From positions 1-64,000 of the forward strand of contig JALGVI010000012.1 in assembly GCA_029838215.1 (NCBI GenBank): a stretch of DNA of 64,000 nucleotides. The letters are read 5' to 3'. Shown one piece after another: positions 10,169-18,955 of the stretch; position 1 is the stretch's first letter, and each line of letters starts with the position of its first letter. This DNA comes from Candidatus Helarchaeota archaeon (lineage in GTDB: Archaea > Asgardarchaeota > Lokiarchaeia > Helarchaeales > RDOG01). The notes under the pieces were generated by a model. It was given only the letters and a program-made list of their open reading frames with translations. It searched no databases and was not told the origin of the DNA. Position numbers and translations under genes: made by a program.

Positions 10169-10981
10169 TTACGGTTTATCCCACTTCGGTCTTACAAATG
10201 GTGGATTCACGCATCTTTTTTCCGTTTGGATTGATTCTATGATCTCCAAATCTTCCGCATCCAGAGTAATGTTTAATGCATCATGACAATCTTTAATATG
10301 TGACTCGCTCGTTGCTTTTGGAATGGGAACCGCTCCGTGTTCCATTATCCATGCAAGCGATACTTGAAACTCACTAACCCTGTGCTTGCTTGCAACTTGA
10401 GATATTTCGGGATAATTCTTGATTTTTCCTCTTGCCAGCGGAGAATAAGCGACCAAATAAATATTTTTTTGGGCTTGATATTCTCGCAGCGTTTTTTGCT
10501 TTAATAGGGGATGATGTTCTACTTGGTTTGCTACAATTGGTTTATCACACGTTGCTATTGCTTCATCTAAACGTTTAATATTAAAATTCGATACTCCCAC
10601 ATGCTTGATCTTGCCTTCATCTACCAATTCACTGAAGGCAGCTAAAGTCTTGTTTGCTTTATAAAAAAATGGCATCGGCCAATGAACATATAATAGGTCA
10701 ACATTATCAAGCCGGAGCTTTTCTAAACTTTGGTACGTACTTTTCTTAACGCTTTTCGGTCTAAGCTTATGAATCCATACTTTTGTCGCAATGATTAGAT
10801 CCTTACGATCAATTGTTGCTTCGGCTAATGCTGCCCCTACTTGTGATTCGTTTCCATAAGCCTGAGCAGTGTCAATGTGCCTAAATCCAATATCAATGGC
10901 TTTTAATACCGATTTCGTGCAGGTTTCGCCCTTTAATTGCCAAGTTCCAAAACCGATTCTTGGAAGTTTTAATTCTGCCAT
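10169..10981 (-). CDS. Aldo/keto reductase
   Basis: IGFGTWQL, HIDTAQAY, ATKVW, YVHWP, GVSNF, NQVEHHP, AYSPLARG and IPKA motifs. Confidence 0.95.
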   Translation of the reverse strand: MAELKLPRIGFGTWQLKGETCTKSVLKAIDIGFRHIDTAQAYGNESQVGAALAEATIDRKDLIIATKVWIHKLRPKSVKKSTYQSLEKLRLDNVDLLYVHWPMPFFYKANKTLAAFSELVDEGKIKHVGVSNFNIKRLDEAIATCDKPIVANQVEHHPLLKQKTLREYQAQKNIYLVAYSPLARGKIKNYPEISQVASKHRVSEFQVSLAWIMEHGAVPIPKATSESHIKDCHDALNITLDAEDLEIIESIQTEKRCVNPPFVRPKWDKP

Positions 10982-11091
10982 TCAAGTCACTTTTTGTTAA
11001 ATCTTTTATAATAATCGTATTTTAAAATTGATCATTCAGTTTTAATGCAATTCGCAAGATTTAAAAGTAATTAGAAAAAAAATGAGGTTTT

Positions 11092-11351
11092 TTAATCGCT
11101 TCGGAGCAATTTTATGATGAAAATTGCAAATATAGCGTACACCGGAATCTGGATGAGAACAATCAGAAATAATAGCTCAAAGATATTGAGGGGATATGGT
11201 CCCGCTACTTGTCCATCATACCACGGACCAAAAGGATATGCGAATGGCCAAAAGCAAAAACAATGAGACCGGCAATCACGTTTGCAATCCAGAACCCGAA
11301 GAAACCTAACAGTGGAATTATTATGAATTTTTTATCCTTCACGTCGGCCAT
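11092..11351 (-). pseudogene. Small 2-TM protein, paralog of 12310-12552, split by a one-base frameshift
   Basis: ATG at 11351, 1 nt after the CruF-like stop, gives MADVKDKKFIIIPLLGFFGFWIANVIAGLIVFAF. Another frame continues WPFAYPFGPWYDGQVAGPYPLNIFELLFLIVLIQIPVYAIFAIFIIKLLRSD* (TAA at 11092-11094). The span is 260 nt, one base short of a whole number of codons, at a T-run. Confidence 0.6.
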
Positions 11352-11352
11352 G

Positions 11353-12135
11353 TCATATGCCTCCAAAAGTGATATTATATCCCCAGAATGGCGTTAGTGC
11401 TAAGACGATCGTTAATCCTCCTACCAGAAAAATTGTTCCAATTTCTAACATCAGCAATAAAGGATAAAACGCAACTATCGTCCATTTCTTGCCAATCTTC
11501 TCTTCAAGTCCACAAATTTTTGGCCAAAACATAGCAAAACACGAAATCAAGATCCACCAACCGATGAAATTCGAAATCGGTATGCCAAGAATGCATAGCG
11601 CTTCACCCGGCGTGTTCAACCAGTACCAGTTACGAAGTCGTGTTTGAAAAGGATCAATCATCAAGTCCATGACCATGGCAAGTAGCCCGCACAGGACCGA
11701 TTTAATGACCAATCCTTTATTTCCTTCCACGTTGTTAAAGATGTAATCCATAATCTCATAGGAAGAATAGGCAATAACGAACCATGCAACGCAGACAACA
11801 ATAGGAACTGCCATGAACCAAAGCGTATAGGCATGATAGTTGAACTGATATGTATTTTGTGTTGGTATGAAATATCCTGCAACTATCATGAAATTCTCTT
11901 CCAATCCCGTATACACGAAAGACCCCGAAAAGAAAAGTAACATCTTCCAAAGGTCATACTTCTTCGACCCGTGATATATTAGCATTATTGCAATGCCATA
12001 GGTCATCGCATCCATGATCCAGACACCAGGGTTCGTGAGGAGCATCGTCACTATGTAAAATGGCTTGATTGGAAGAAAAAAGAATTCAAAAAAGAATGGT
12101 TGATAACTCGTCATTCTCGAAGCCCTCAGAAACAT
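11353..12135 (-). CDS. CruF-like (carotenoid 1,2-hydratase / DUF422 family) membrane protein
   Basis: VPIVVCVAWFVIAY, MDLMIDP, WYW and GIPISNFIGW match the family pattern. The start codon is uncertain and may lie downstream. Confidence 0.75.
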   Translation of the reverse strand: MFLRASRMTSYQPFFFEFFFLPIKPFYIVTMLLTNPGVWIMDAMTYGIAIMLIYHGSKKYDLWKMLLFFSGSFVYTGLEENFMIVAGYFIPTQNTYQFNYHAYTLWFMAVPIVVCVAWFVIAYSSYEIMDYIFNNVEGNKGLVIKSVLCGLLAMVMDLMIDPFQTRLRNWYWLNTPGEALCILGIPISNFIGWWILISCFAMFWPKICGLEEKIGKKWTIVAFYPLLLMLEIGTIFLVGGLTIVLALTPFWGYNITFGGI

Positions 12136-12309
12136 GTTTTAGAATTAAAATCAACTTACTTCTCCTTTTTAATCTTTCCTTATTTGTTTAAATTTGCATT
12201 ATTCATGCATAGAGAGAATTTGATATCTGCATGCGAAATTTGAAAAAAAAGACAAGATAAAAGGAATGCAGGACAGATCTTGGAGCTCGGATGGATGACC
12301 GTCTCGTGT

Positions 12310-12552
12310 TCATGGTTCGGCAGGAGCTTCTCCTTTTTTTATTTTGATCACGGCATAAATGGCACAAATCCAGAAAGGAGTCGGAATGAGATATAGAATG
12401 AGAAGTTTCACGATATCAAGCGGAACGGTACTAGAATATGGTGATAAAACCGAGGTTATCTGAAAAATAAAGACGATCAGACCGATGACATAATAAATGA
12501 CTGCAAATCCCATGATGGAAATAATAGGGAAGTATCTCTTTTCGATTTTCAT
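12310..12552 (-). CDS. Small 2-TM protein downstream of CruF-like gene
   Basis: Two hydrophobic helices; starts 10 nt after the CruF-like stop; has a paralog at 11092-11351. Confidence 0.7.
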   Translation of the reverse strand: MKIEKRYFPIISIMGFAVIYYVIGLIVFIFQITSVLSPYSSTVPLDIVKLLILYLIPTPFWICAIYAVIKIKKGEAPAEP

Positions 12553-12562
12553 GATTCACACC

Positions 12563-13300
12563 TCATATTGGACCGCCAAACGTCCAAAACGTGATATCTA
12601 CTCCGTTCAAGATTGATAAAGGAATGGTCACTCCGATAATGATGACGACAGTTGCTACAAGCAGACCGAGCAATCCTGCAAAAAAGATCAGCGTTTTTTT
12701 CACGGGTTTCCAATCTTTTTCCGTTATTTTAGTCCAATAGATCGAAAATAGGAAGATGAGCAAGAACCATCCATAGAAATTACTTATCGGTATGCCCAGA
12801 ACCCACACATTTGCATTTCTTGCGGAAAGCCAATACCAAAACGTGTAACGCACGGCAATGGGATCCACCATTAAATCAATATTCATCGCCAGCAATCCTG
12901 CCAAAACGGATTTTTTATACAACCCCCACTTGGGAGCCATGGTATCAGCGATGTAAAATGCACCGTAGGCGAGAATGAACCACGAACATCCTGCAACGAT
13001 CGGGACGGCTAACCACCAGAAAATATTTGTCTGAAAATTGAAATAATAAGTTGGAATGCTCCCGGGAAGGTTTCCCATGATTATCCAAAAGTTTTCTTCT
13101 CCACACGTAAACACGAAGGACCCGAAAAAGAATAGGCAGGTATTGAGCAAGCCGTGATTTTTAACGGCATGATAAAATGTCAGGGCTGTTAGAACATAGA
13201 TAATGATTTCGATAGTTATTGAAACAGGATTAAATGCACGAACATCTTTAATCACCCAGAATAGTCGGATCCAAAAATCCGGTGGAACAGGACTTGTCAC
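12563..13300 (-). CDS. CruF-like (carotenoid 1,2-hydratase / DUF422 family) membrane protein
   Basis: VPIVAGCSWFILAY, IDLMVDP, WYW and GIPISNFYGW; paralog of 11353-12135. Confidence 0.78.
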   Translation of the reverse strand: MTSPVPPDFWIRLFWVIKDVRAFNPVSITIEIIIYVLTALTFYHAVKNHGLLNTCLFFFGSFVFTCGEENFWIIMGNLPGSIPTYYFNFQTNIFWWLAVPIVAGCSWFILAYGAFYIADTMAPKWGLYKKSVLAGLLAMNIDLMVDPIAVRYTFWYWLSARNANVWVLGIPISNFYGWFLLIFLFSIYWTKITEKDWKPVKKTLIFFAGLLGLLVATVVIIIGVTIPLSILNGVDITFWTFGGPI

Positions 13301-13448
13301 GTTATCCTCTCGCCGAACACGTCAAAATTCTATATTATCTTTGAATTAGGTCTGCTTCTATTTAAGATTTCTTCTTAGACCAATTCCAAAGAAGTTAAAA
13401 ATTTGCAGGCATGTTCGTTAAGAAAAAAGAGATTGGTTTTAAAAGATA

Positions 13449-14309
13449 TTAATATTTCACGCCTTTTTCTGCAATGCGCATCATTACTTGGTTCCTTAGA
13501 CTCGGGAAATCCATTTCTCGGTAACCTATCGGGTCGATTTTAGTGCGGATCATGTTGACTTCTTCATCTGTTGGTGCTCTAGTCGTGGGTATTTTTTCGG
13601 GGAGTACCGGTTCGAATCCCGTGTTCTCAAGGACTTCATCCAAGGTGATTCCTGGATGGATGCTCTTGATCATCATTGCACTTGTTTCGGGATCCGGTTC
13701 AAACACGCACAAGTTCGTTACAAATGCGATGCAACCTTCTCCTAAATTCAGGTCTCGTCGCCATTTAGAACGTGGATAACCCTTGACCATGAGGAAATCA
13801 ACTTTTTCAACGAGATTGCGCTTGATGTGGCGGGTTGTATAAAGCACGACACGTCCCATCAGATTAATGGCATCACTGACCGCCATCCCTCCTGGCAGGC
13901 GAAGTTTTGGCTTATGATAATTTTTTTCTTCGCCATAAATTACCGTATTGTTGCAATTAAAATATTTATCGATCTGTGCAGGTCTTAAAAATTCCAAGCT
14001 TAATCGTCCTTTTTGCCATTGATCCCACATCTCTCGAGCGTGCAGGTAATTTGTCAGCTTGATTTGTTCCCCATAATTTTTCAGACCTTCAGTCATTAAT
14101 TTCTCAAAGTTGATCGGTTCTGATGGCGAGACACCAAACGCAGAAAAGTACGTGATGTCAGGGGCGTGTGTTGCACGGGCTAGCTCAATTGCGACCATGG
14201 GTAACGGTGTTGCAGCACCTTGAAACATCACGTCACCATTCTTAATGTAATTTGCCAGCGTTACAGCCATTAATTCTGGAATCGTGAACTTTTGATCTTC
14301 TCCACTCAT
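13449..14309 (-). CDS. Class I CoA-transferase beta subunit-like (GctB/CatJ/IpdB fold), canonical Glu absent
   Basis: LARATHAPD, AQIDKYFNCN, KLRLPGG, VTNLCVF, SIHPG and PTDEEV..IR..IDP. Confidence 0.85.
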   Translation of the reverse strand: MSGEDQKFTIPELMAVTLANYIKNGDVMFQGAATPLPMVAIELARATHAPDITYFSAFGVSPSEPINFEKLMTEGLKNYGEQIKLTNYLHAREMWDQWQKGRLSLEFLRPAQIDKYFNCNNTVIYGEEKNYHKPKLRLPGGMAVSDAINLMGRVVLYTTRHIKRNLVEKVDFLMVKGYPRSKWRRDLNLGEGCIAFVTNLCVFEPDPETSAMMIKSIHPGITLDEVLENTGFEPVLPEKIPTTRAPTDEEVNMIRTKIDPIGYREMDFPSLRNQVMMRIAEKGVKY

Positions 14310-15181
14310 TTATTCTGCCTCCACCACTCCGTCAATTTTAACTTGAATTTATTCAAGTACTGTTCTCTATTGAAAGGAAACACGTTCTTTTCAAGATATC
14401 TTGCAAGCCGCCTTTGTTTTTTCAAGGCATTTCCAAGCGTCATCTGAACTGCCATGTCGTAGAAGTACAACGGTTTTACCATTCCGGGATGAGCACCATA
14501 TGGGACTTCAACCACGTAATCAACTTCAAAATTATTCAAGATCGTGTTAATGGGATTCCGGTAAATGTATTCCGTGTCCACGACCTTTTCAACAGTAACG
14601 ATGACTTTTCCACCTTTTTTAACCGAACGGGAAATGGAATCATCCATGTATGTCTTGATGTCTTCATACTGAATGTTACCCTGGTGGTCTCCGACCATTG
14701 CGTGAATCACCGTGAAGTCCGATTCTACTGCTTTTACTGCTACCAATTTTTGACCTTCAAATTCGATTTCTTTTAGGTAAGGGTTCACGTCTAATAATTC
14801 AGAATCATAACCGGATCGACAGGGCAAGTACGGCAAGCCCATTTCTGCAGCTCTCATCGCCCAGAAGAATTGCATTTCCGTGAATTCATTCACGTGAAGC
14901 GTCCCTTCTTGGACACGAGTCTGAAAATTGGGCGCAAAACCAGCGGTTTCTAAGCCAACATAAATCGTATTTAATTTGGAAATGCAGTCCATGCCAATCA
15001 TGGCATCTATTCCAAAATTTCCAGTGAGAACTGAAACTGTTAGATCTTTCTTTTGTTGTTTGATAATTTCATAGATGAATGCCATGGGTTTCATTTGCAT
15101 GAGCACGCCTCCAATGGCGATGCTGTCTCCATCATTGATCATACCCACGGCATCTTCTAATGAGATGACTTTATCTTTCAT
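14306..15181 (-). CDS. Class I CoA-transferase alpha subunit-like (GctA/CatI/IpdA fold)
   Basis: KVISLEDAV..INDGDSIAIGG, KPMAF, AAEMGLPYLP, GDHQGN and VVEVPYGAHP. Start taken at the ATG at 15181, which follows a GGAGA RBS. Confidence 0.85.
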   Translation of the reverse strand: MKDKVISLEDAVGMINDGDSIAIGGVLMQMKPMAFIYEIIKQQKKDLTVSVLTGNFGIDAMIGMDCISKLNTIYVGLETAGFAPNFQTRVQEGTLHVNEFTEMQFFWAMRAAEMGLPYLPCRSGYDSELLDVNPYLKEIEFEGQKLVAVKAVESDFTVIHAMVGDHQGNIQYEDIKTYMDDSISRSVKKGGKVIVTVEKVVDTEYIYRNPINTILNNFEVDYVVEVPYGAHPGMVKPLYFYDMAVQMTLGNALKKQRRLARYLEKNVFPFNREQYLNKFKLKLTEWWRQNK

Positions 15182-15282
15182 GATTTCATCTCCAATGTTG
15201 ATAAATCGTTCTGAAAAAAGAAAGGAATTTGATTTTAAGAAAGTTGTTCTTAGTTTAAAAGAGAAAAAGTCCGCCAAAAAAA

Positions 15283-16746
15283 TTAAAGGATTTTTTGCTC
15301 TTGGAAGTATTCAAATAGTTCCAAAGCTGAATTTGCCGCCAGTTCAGTGCCAACACCCCAGCCACCTGCGTCGCCTCCTACCAAATAGAGATTCTTGATG
15401 GGAGTGATACTTGATGGTCGTTTTTTCCCGACCTGTCCGATGACTTGTCCAATACCCGTGCCTGCACCTTCTTTTCCCAACTTTGATTCTAAAAACACGT
15501 CTGAAACAAAATCCGTCCATAATATGTGTCCGTCTATCTCCGGCCATAGATCAAGCAGCGTGTTCAAGCAGGTTTCCTCCCATTTTTTATTCATCTTGCG
15601 CCGTTCTTCCATGGTTCCTCCGATTCCTAACGTTGGCGTCACGCAATGGAGATTCTGGCATCCCTTTGGTGCCAAATTTGGATCTAAGTTTGAGATCGGC
15701 ACGATCATTATGACACTCTTGCTCGGAACATCGTCAATGGTTAGCTGTTTTTTCTCACCTTCGACATTTGAGAAGTCTATGCTCTTAACATCTTTAGCAT
15801 CCATTTTTGGAACGTAATTTAACCATTTATCATCCGTCACGTGGATGTCGATGCCTAACTTTAATGAACAGACTTGCCCTCCCCAACTCAGGTTTTTTAT
15901 GCGCTCCACGTATTCTTTTTCAAAATGTTTTTCGCCGACAAGCTTTAGAATCGTGGTCTTAATATCTGAATTGGCTATGATCACGTCTGCTTCGTGATAT
16001 TCATTATCAGGTCCTACTTCCACTCCTTTGGCGACACCATCTTCAACGATGATCTTATTAACCGTGACGTTTTGCTTGACTTCTCCTCTATTTTCTTCAA
16101 CGGCTTGACAATAGGCATTTGGAATGGACTGGCATCCGCCTTTAACGTACCCCATGCTCATCGTTTCGGCATTTTTCTTGCTACATCTAAGGAATTCTCC
16201 CGTAGAAGTCGTATTCGGACCCGTTCCGAACATCAAGCCTGCTTGGAGGGTATACATGAAGGCATTCAATTTCTTTTCTTTAAGATAATCTATTAATGGC
16301 AAATCGTCAAATTGATACGTTTCTTCGTATGAAATTTCCTGTAACAACTGCTTGAATGATTTTTTACGTGATTTTCGTGGTTTTCGTTCGGTTTTTGGTT
16401 TTTTCGAGACTTTTTTCAATCCAAAGCTCATGACCTGTCCCATTAGATTGATGCGCGGTCCTGGGTTTCGGCAATATGCCCATTCTACGGCATTTTCCTT
16501 TCCAATCTTGCGGAGAATATCTCCCAATGGTCCTTTATCACAATTTCCGAAAATATGCGTGCCAACGTCGCAGACCCACTTATAGCCGTTCTTGTCTTCT
16601 TTAGTATATGAACCACACCTACCACCAAGCCAGGAGTTTTGCTCAAAAATCGTGACTTTATTCCCTGTATTGGTAGCAATCAGTGCTCCAACTCCCGATC
16701 CACCGATTCCACTCCCAATAATAACGATATTTTTCACGTCATCCAC
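15283..16746 (-). CDS. Phytoene desaturase (CrtI/COG1233)-family FAD-dependent oxidoreductase
   Basis: Rossmann motif IIGSGIGG..FEQN..LGGRC, DVGTH, GGCQSIPNA, and C-terminal TPIKNLYLVGGD..G.GT. Confidence 0.85.
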   Translation of the reverse strand: MDDVKNIVIIGSGIGGSGVGALIATNTGNKVTIFEQNSWLGGRCGSYTKEDKNGYKWVCDVGTHIFGNCDKGPLGDILRKIGKENAVEWAYCRNPGPRINLMGQVMSFGLKKVSKKPKTERKPRKSRKKSFKQLLQEISYEETYQFDDLPLIDYLKEKKLNAFMYTLQAGLMFGTGPNTTSTGEFLRCSKKNAETMSMGYVKGGCQSIPNAYCQAVEENRGEVKQNVTVNKIIVEDGVAKGVEVGPDNEYHEADVIIANSDIKTTILKLVGEKHFEKEYVERIKNLSWGGQVCSLKLGIDIHVTDDKWLNYVPKMDAKDVKSIDFSNVEGEKKQLTIDDVPSKSVIMIVPISNLDPNLAPKGCQNLHCVTPTLGIGGTMEERRKMNKKWEETCLNTLLDLWPEIDGHILWTDFVSDVFLESKLGKEGAGTGIGQVIGQVGKKRPSSITPIKNLYLVGGDAGGWGVGTELAANSALELFEYFQEQKIL

Positions 16747-16788
16747 CTCTTTAAAAAGTAATAAAAGGAAAGAAAAAAGGTTTTAGAA

Positions 16789-17607
16789 TTATTTTCCCTT
16801 GAAAACGGGGTCTCGTTTTTCCTTGCGAGCTTTAAGAGCTTCGTTAAAATCTCCAGAAATCGCCGTCTTGTTAAGACCCTTATTTTCCCAATCTAGTGCA
16901 GTTTCCACTTCTTCAATTAGTGGTCTGTGTAATGCACGTTTTGCCATTCTAATGGCTAGAAATGCCCCTTTTGGAGGAATGATTTTCAATGCGGCTTCTC
17001 GCGCTGTATCCATTAATTTATCAAGAGGAACAACATCATTAACCAATCCTAGCTCAAGTGCCTTTTTAGCATCGATTTTTTCGCCAAAAAAGACAATTTC
17101 CTTGGTTTTATGAAAGCCGATGAGTCGCGGTAGAAGGTAAGTGCAGGCGAATTCCGGAATGATTCCAATTCTTACGAATGGGAGATGAATGTAGGCACTA
17201 TCTGCCATGTACACCAAGTCTGCACAAGCGAATGGCATTGTGAACCCCGCACCGATAGCCAAACCATTAATTGCGGCAATAATTGGTTTATCAAGTTTCC
17301 ACATTTTAACGCATAGTTTTTTTTGGGCGATATCAGTTATGTCTATTTCTTTTTTTAGTTCCGGGTCTAGCGTCTTTAGGAAATCCATGTTAAAGTATCC
17401 ACCAGAAGAAAACGCATCTTTGGCACCCGTGATGATCATGGCTCTTGCCGTTTTATCCTTGCCCATTATTTCCGTGGCGTACCATAACTCCAAGAAAGTG
17501 ATGTGACTCATTGCATTCTTTCTTTCAGGACGATTTAACGTGACGGTAACGATACCCGTTTTCTCGTCTTTTTCATAAACGATATCTTGGAAATCTTCAA
17601 TATTCAT
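16789..17607 (-). CDS. Enoyl-CoA hydratase/isomerase (crotonase) family protein
   Basis: VTLNRPERKNA, KPIIAAINGLAIGAG, PFVRIGIIPE, A.KALELGLVN and F.EK.R.PVFKGK. The PF..IG..PE pattern resembles isomerase-type members. Confidence 0.92.
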   Translation of the reverse strand: MNIEDFQDIVYEKDEKTGIVTVTLNRPERKNAMSHITFLELWYATEIMGKDKTARAMIITGAKDAFSSGGYFNMDFLKTLDPELKKEIDITDIAQKKLCVKMWKLDKPIIAAINGLAIGAGFTMPFACADLVYMADSAYIHLPFVRIGIIPEFACTYLLPRLIGFHKTKEIVFFGEKIDAKKALELGLVNDVVPLDKLMDTAREAALKIIPPKGAFLAIRMAKRALHRPLIEEVETALDWENKGLNKTAISGDFNEALKARKEKRDPVFKGK

Positions 17608-17717
17608 GGTCAACTCTTCCTTAAAAGTGAGATTGGTAAACAATTTCCAGATGGAATCAATTTATTATAAGTAGAATTAAAATTTAATCATATCTTGCTT
17701 ATTTCACATCATTTCAA

Positions 17718-18452
17718 GTGGCGTCCGCGTTGGAACGAAAACAAAGCATTAAAAATGCATTTGATCGTATTTCAGAGCATTGGGATCGTGTTCGACGGCA
17801 CGCGTGGCCAAACATGATTCAATTCATGAATGAGTTCGGATTTCAGGAAGGATCAAGCACGTGCTTGGATATTGCCGCAGGAAATGGGCGACACACGCGA
17901 TATATGGCTCAATTTAACGCGTTATCTATTGGAATCGACCTGTCGCTCAATTTATTAAAAATTGCCAAAGAAAAACACACACAAGTAAATTGTGAATATG
18001 TCAATGCTGATGCTGCCAATCTTCCGTTTCGTGACGGTGTTTTTGACAGGGTCATGTTTATTTCAGCACTTCATCACTTGCCAAATACTGGTCGTTCCGC
18101 AGCACTCATCGAACTAAAACGAGTAATGTTTCCGGAAGCACTTGCTCTTATCACGGTTTGGATGCGCTCACTCAAGCGATTTGCCATCTTTTTTTTATTG
18201 GATTTTTTATTTTTAACGTTCCTCAAATCAAGCGATAAAGAATTTGGAGACATTCATGTTCCTTGGAGAGACGAGAAAAAGCAAGTTATTGCAAGTCGTT
18301 TTTACCATTTATTCACCAAAAAAGAATTGGAAAACGATTTACTTGCGGCTGGTTTCGAAATCATGGAATCTCGCAAGTGTGCAGGTAAATCAGGTCAAGA
18401 AAATGTTTTTGCTCTGGTTAAATTGAAGAAAAAACTATTTAAATCAAAATAA
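17718..18452 (+). CDS. SAM-dependent methyltransferase, Trm9/ALKBH8-MTase-like
   Basis: LDIAAGNGRH, GIDLS, ISALHHL, LITVW, DIHVPW and RFYHLF..EL. Confidence 0.75.
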   Translation: MASALERKQSIKNAFDRISEHWDRVRRHAWPNMIQFMNEFGFQEGSSTCLDIAAGNGRHTRYMAQFNALSIGIDLSLNLLKIAKEKHTQVNCEYVNADAANLPFRDGVFDRVMFISALHHLPNTGRSAALIELKRVMFPEALALITVWMRSLKRFAIFFLLDFLFLTFLKSSDKEFGDIHVPWRDEKKQVIASRFYHLFTKKELENDLLAAGFEIMESRKCAGKSGQENVFALVKLKKKLFKSK

Positions 18453-18499
18453 TAAACCAAAATAGAAGTTATTTAAGAAATCATGGCAGGGGAAGTCAT

Positions 18500-18955
18500 T
18501 TGACCATCTCGAACGATCCTCTTGAAGAATTGGTACAACTCATCAAGAACTTAAAAACATTTACAAACGTGGATACGGATCCGATTCAGAATAAACTCAA
18601 CATATTGATGAGGGACATATATGATCTCATCGTGGGGCTAGAGAGCCTTAGCAGGAAAAAACGTCTTGCGATTTTAAAACTTGCTCATTTATTTCCTGAA
18701 ACCCTTACAACAGTTGAACTCCGAAAGATAATGGAATATTCTAATAGGACATCATTATCTTACGTTCGCCAAGAACTGAAAGATCTCGAAGTTGCACAAC
18801 TCATTACGGTAAAAAAGTATAGAGACAAGAAACTACCTTTTCAAATTCAAATCAATCACCAGCACCGTTTGATGAGAATATTGCTCTCTTTGATTCGATC
18901 ATACGGATCTTCATATCGTGAAATGATCAAGGAGATGGTAGATAGAAATGACTGA
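18500..18955 (+). CDS. Winged-helix (ArsR/TrmB-like) domain protein
   Basis: KRLAILKL..LTTVELRKIM..LSYVRQELKDLEVAQLI pattern. Confidence 0.6.
   Translation: MTISNDPLEELVQLIKNLKTFTNVDTDPIQNKLNILMRDIYDLIVGLESLSRKKRLAILKLAHLFPETLTTVELRKIMEYSNRTSLSYVRQELKDLEVAQLITVKKYRDKKLPFQIQINHQHRLMRILLSLIRSYGSSYREMIKEMVDRND

Noticed and set aside
13605-13625. GGTTCGAATCCC, a tRNA T-loop-like string
   Set aside because: It lies inside the CoA-transferase beta coding sequence (antisense of TGFEPV), and no T-stem or cloverleaf can be built.
11353-16746. Calling the cluster a bacterioruberin/carotenoid biosynthesis operon
   Set aside because: There is no phytoene synthase or LyeJ-type prenyltransferase, and CoA-dependent enzymes are interleaved. 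Family membership alone does not fix the substrate.
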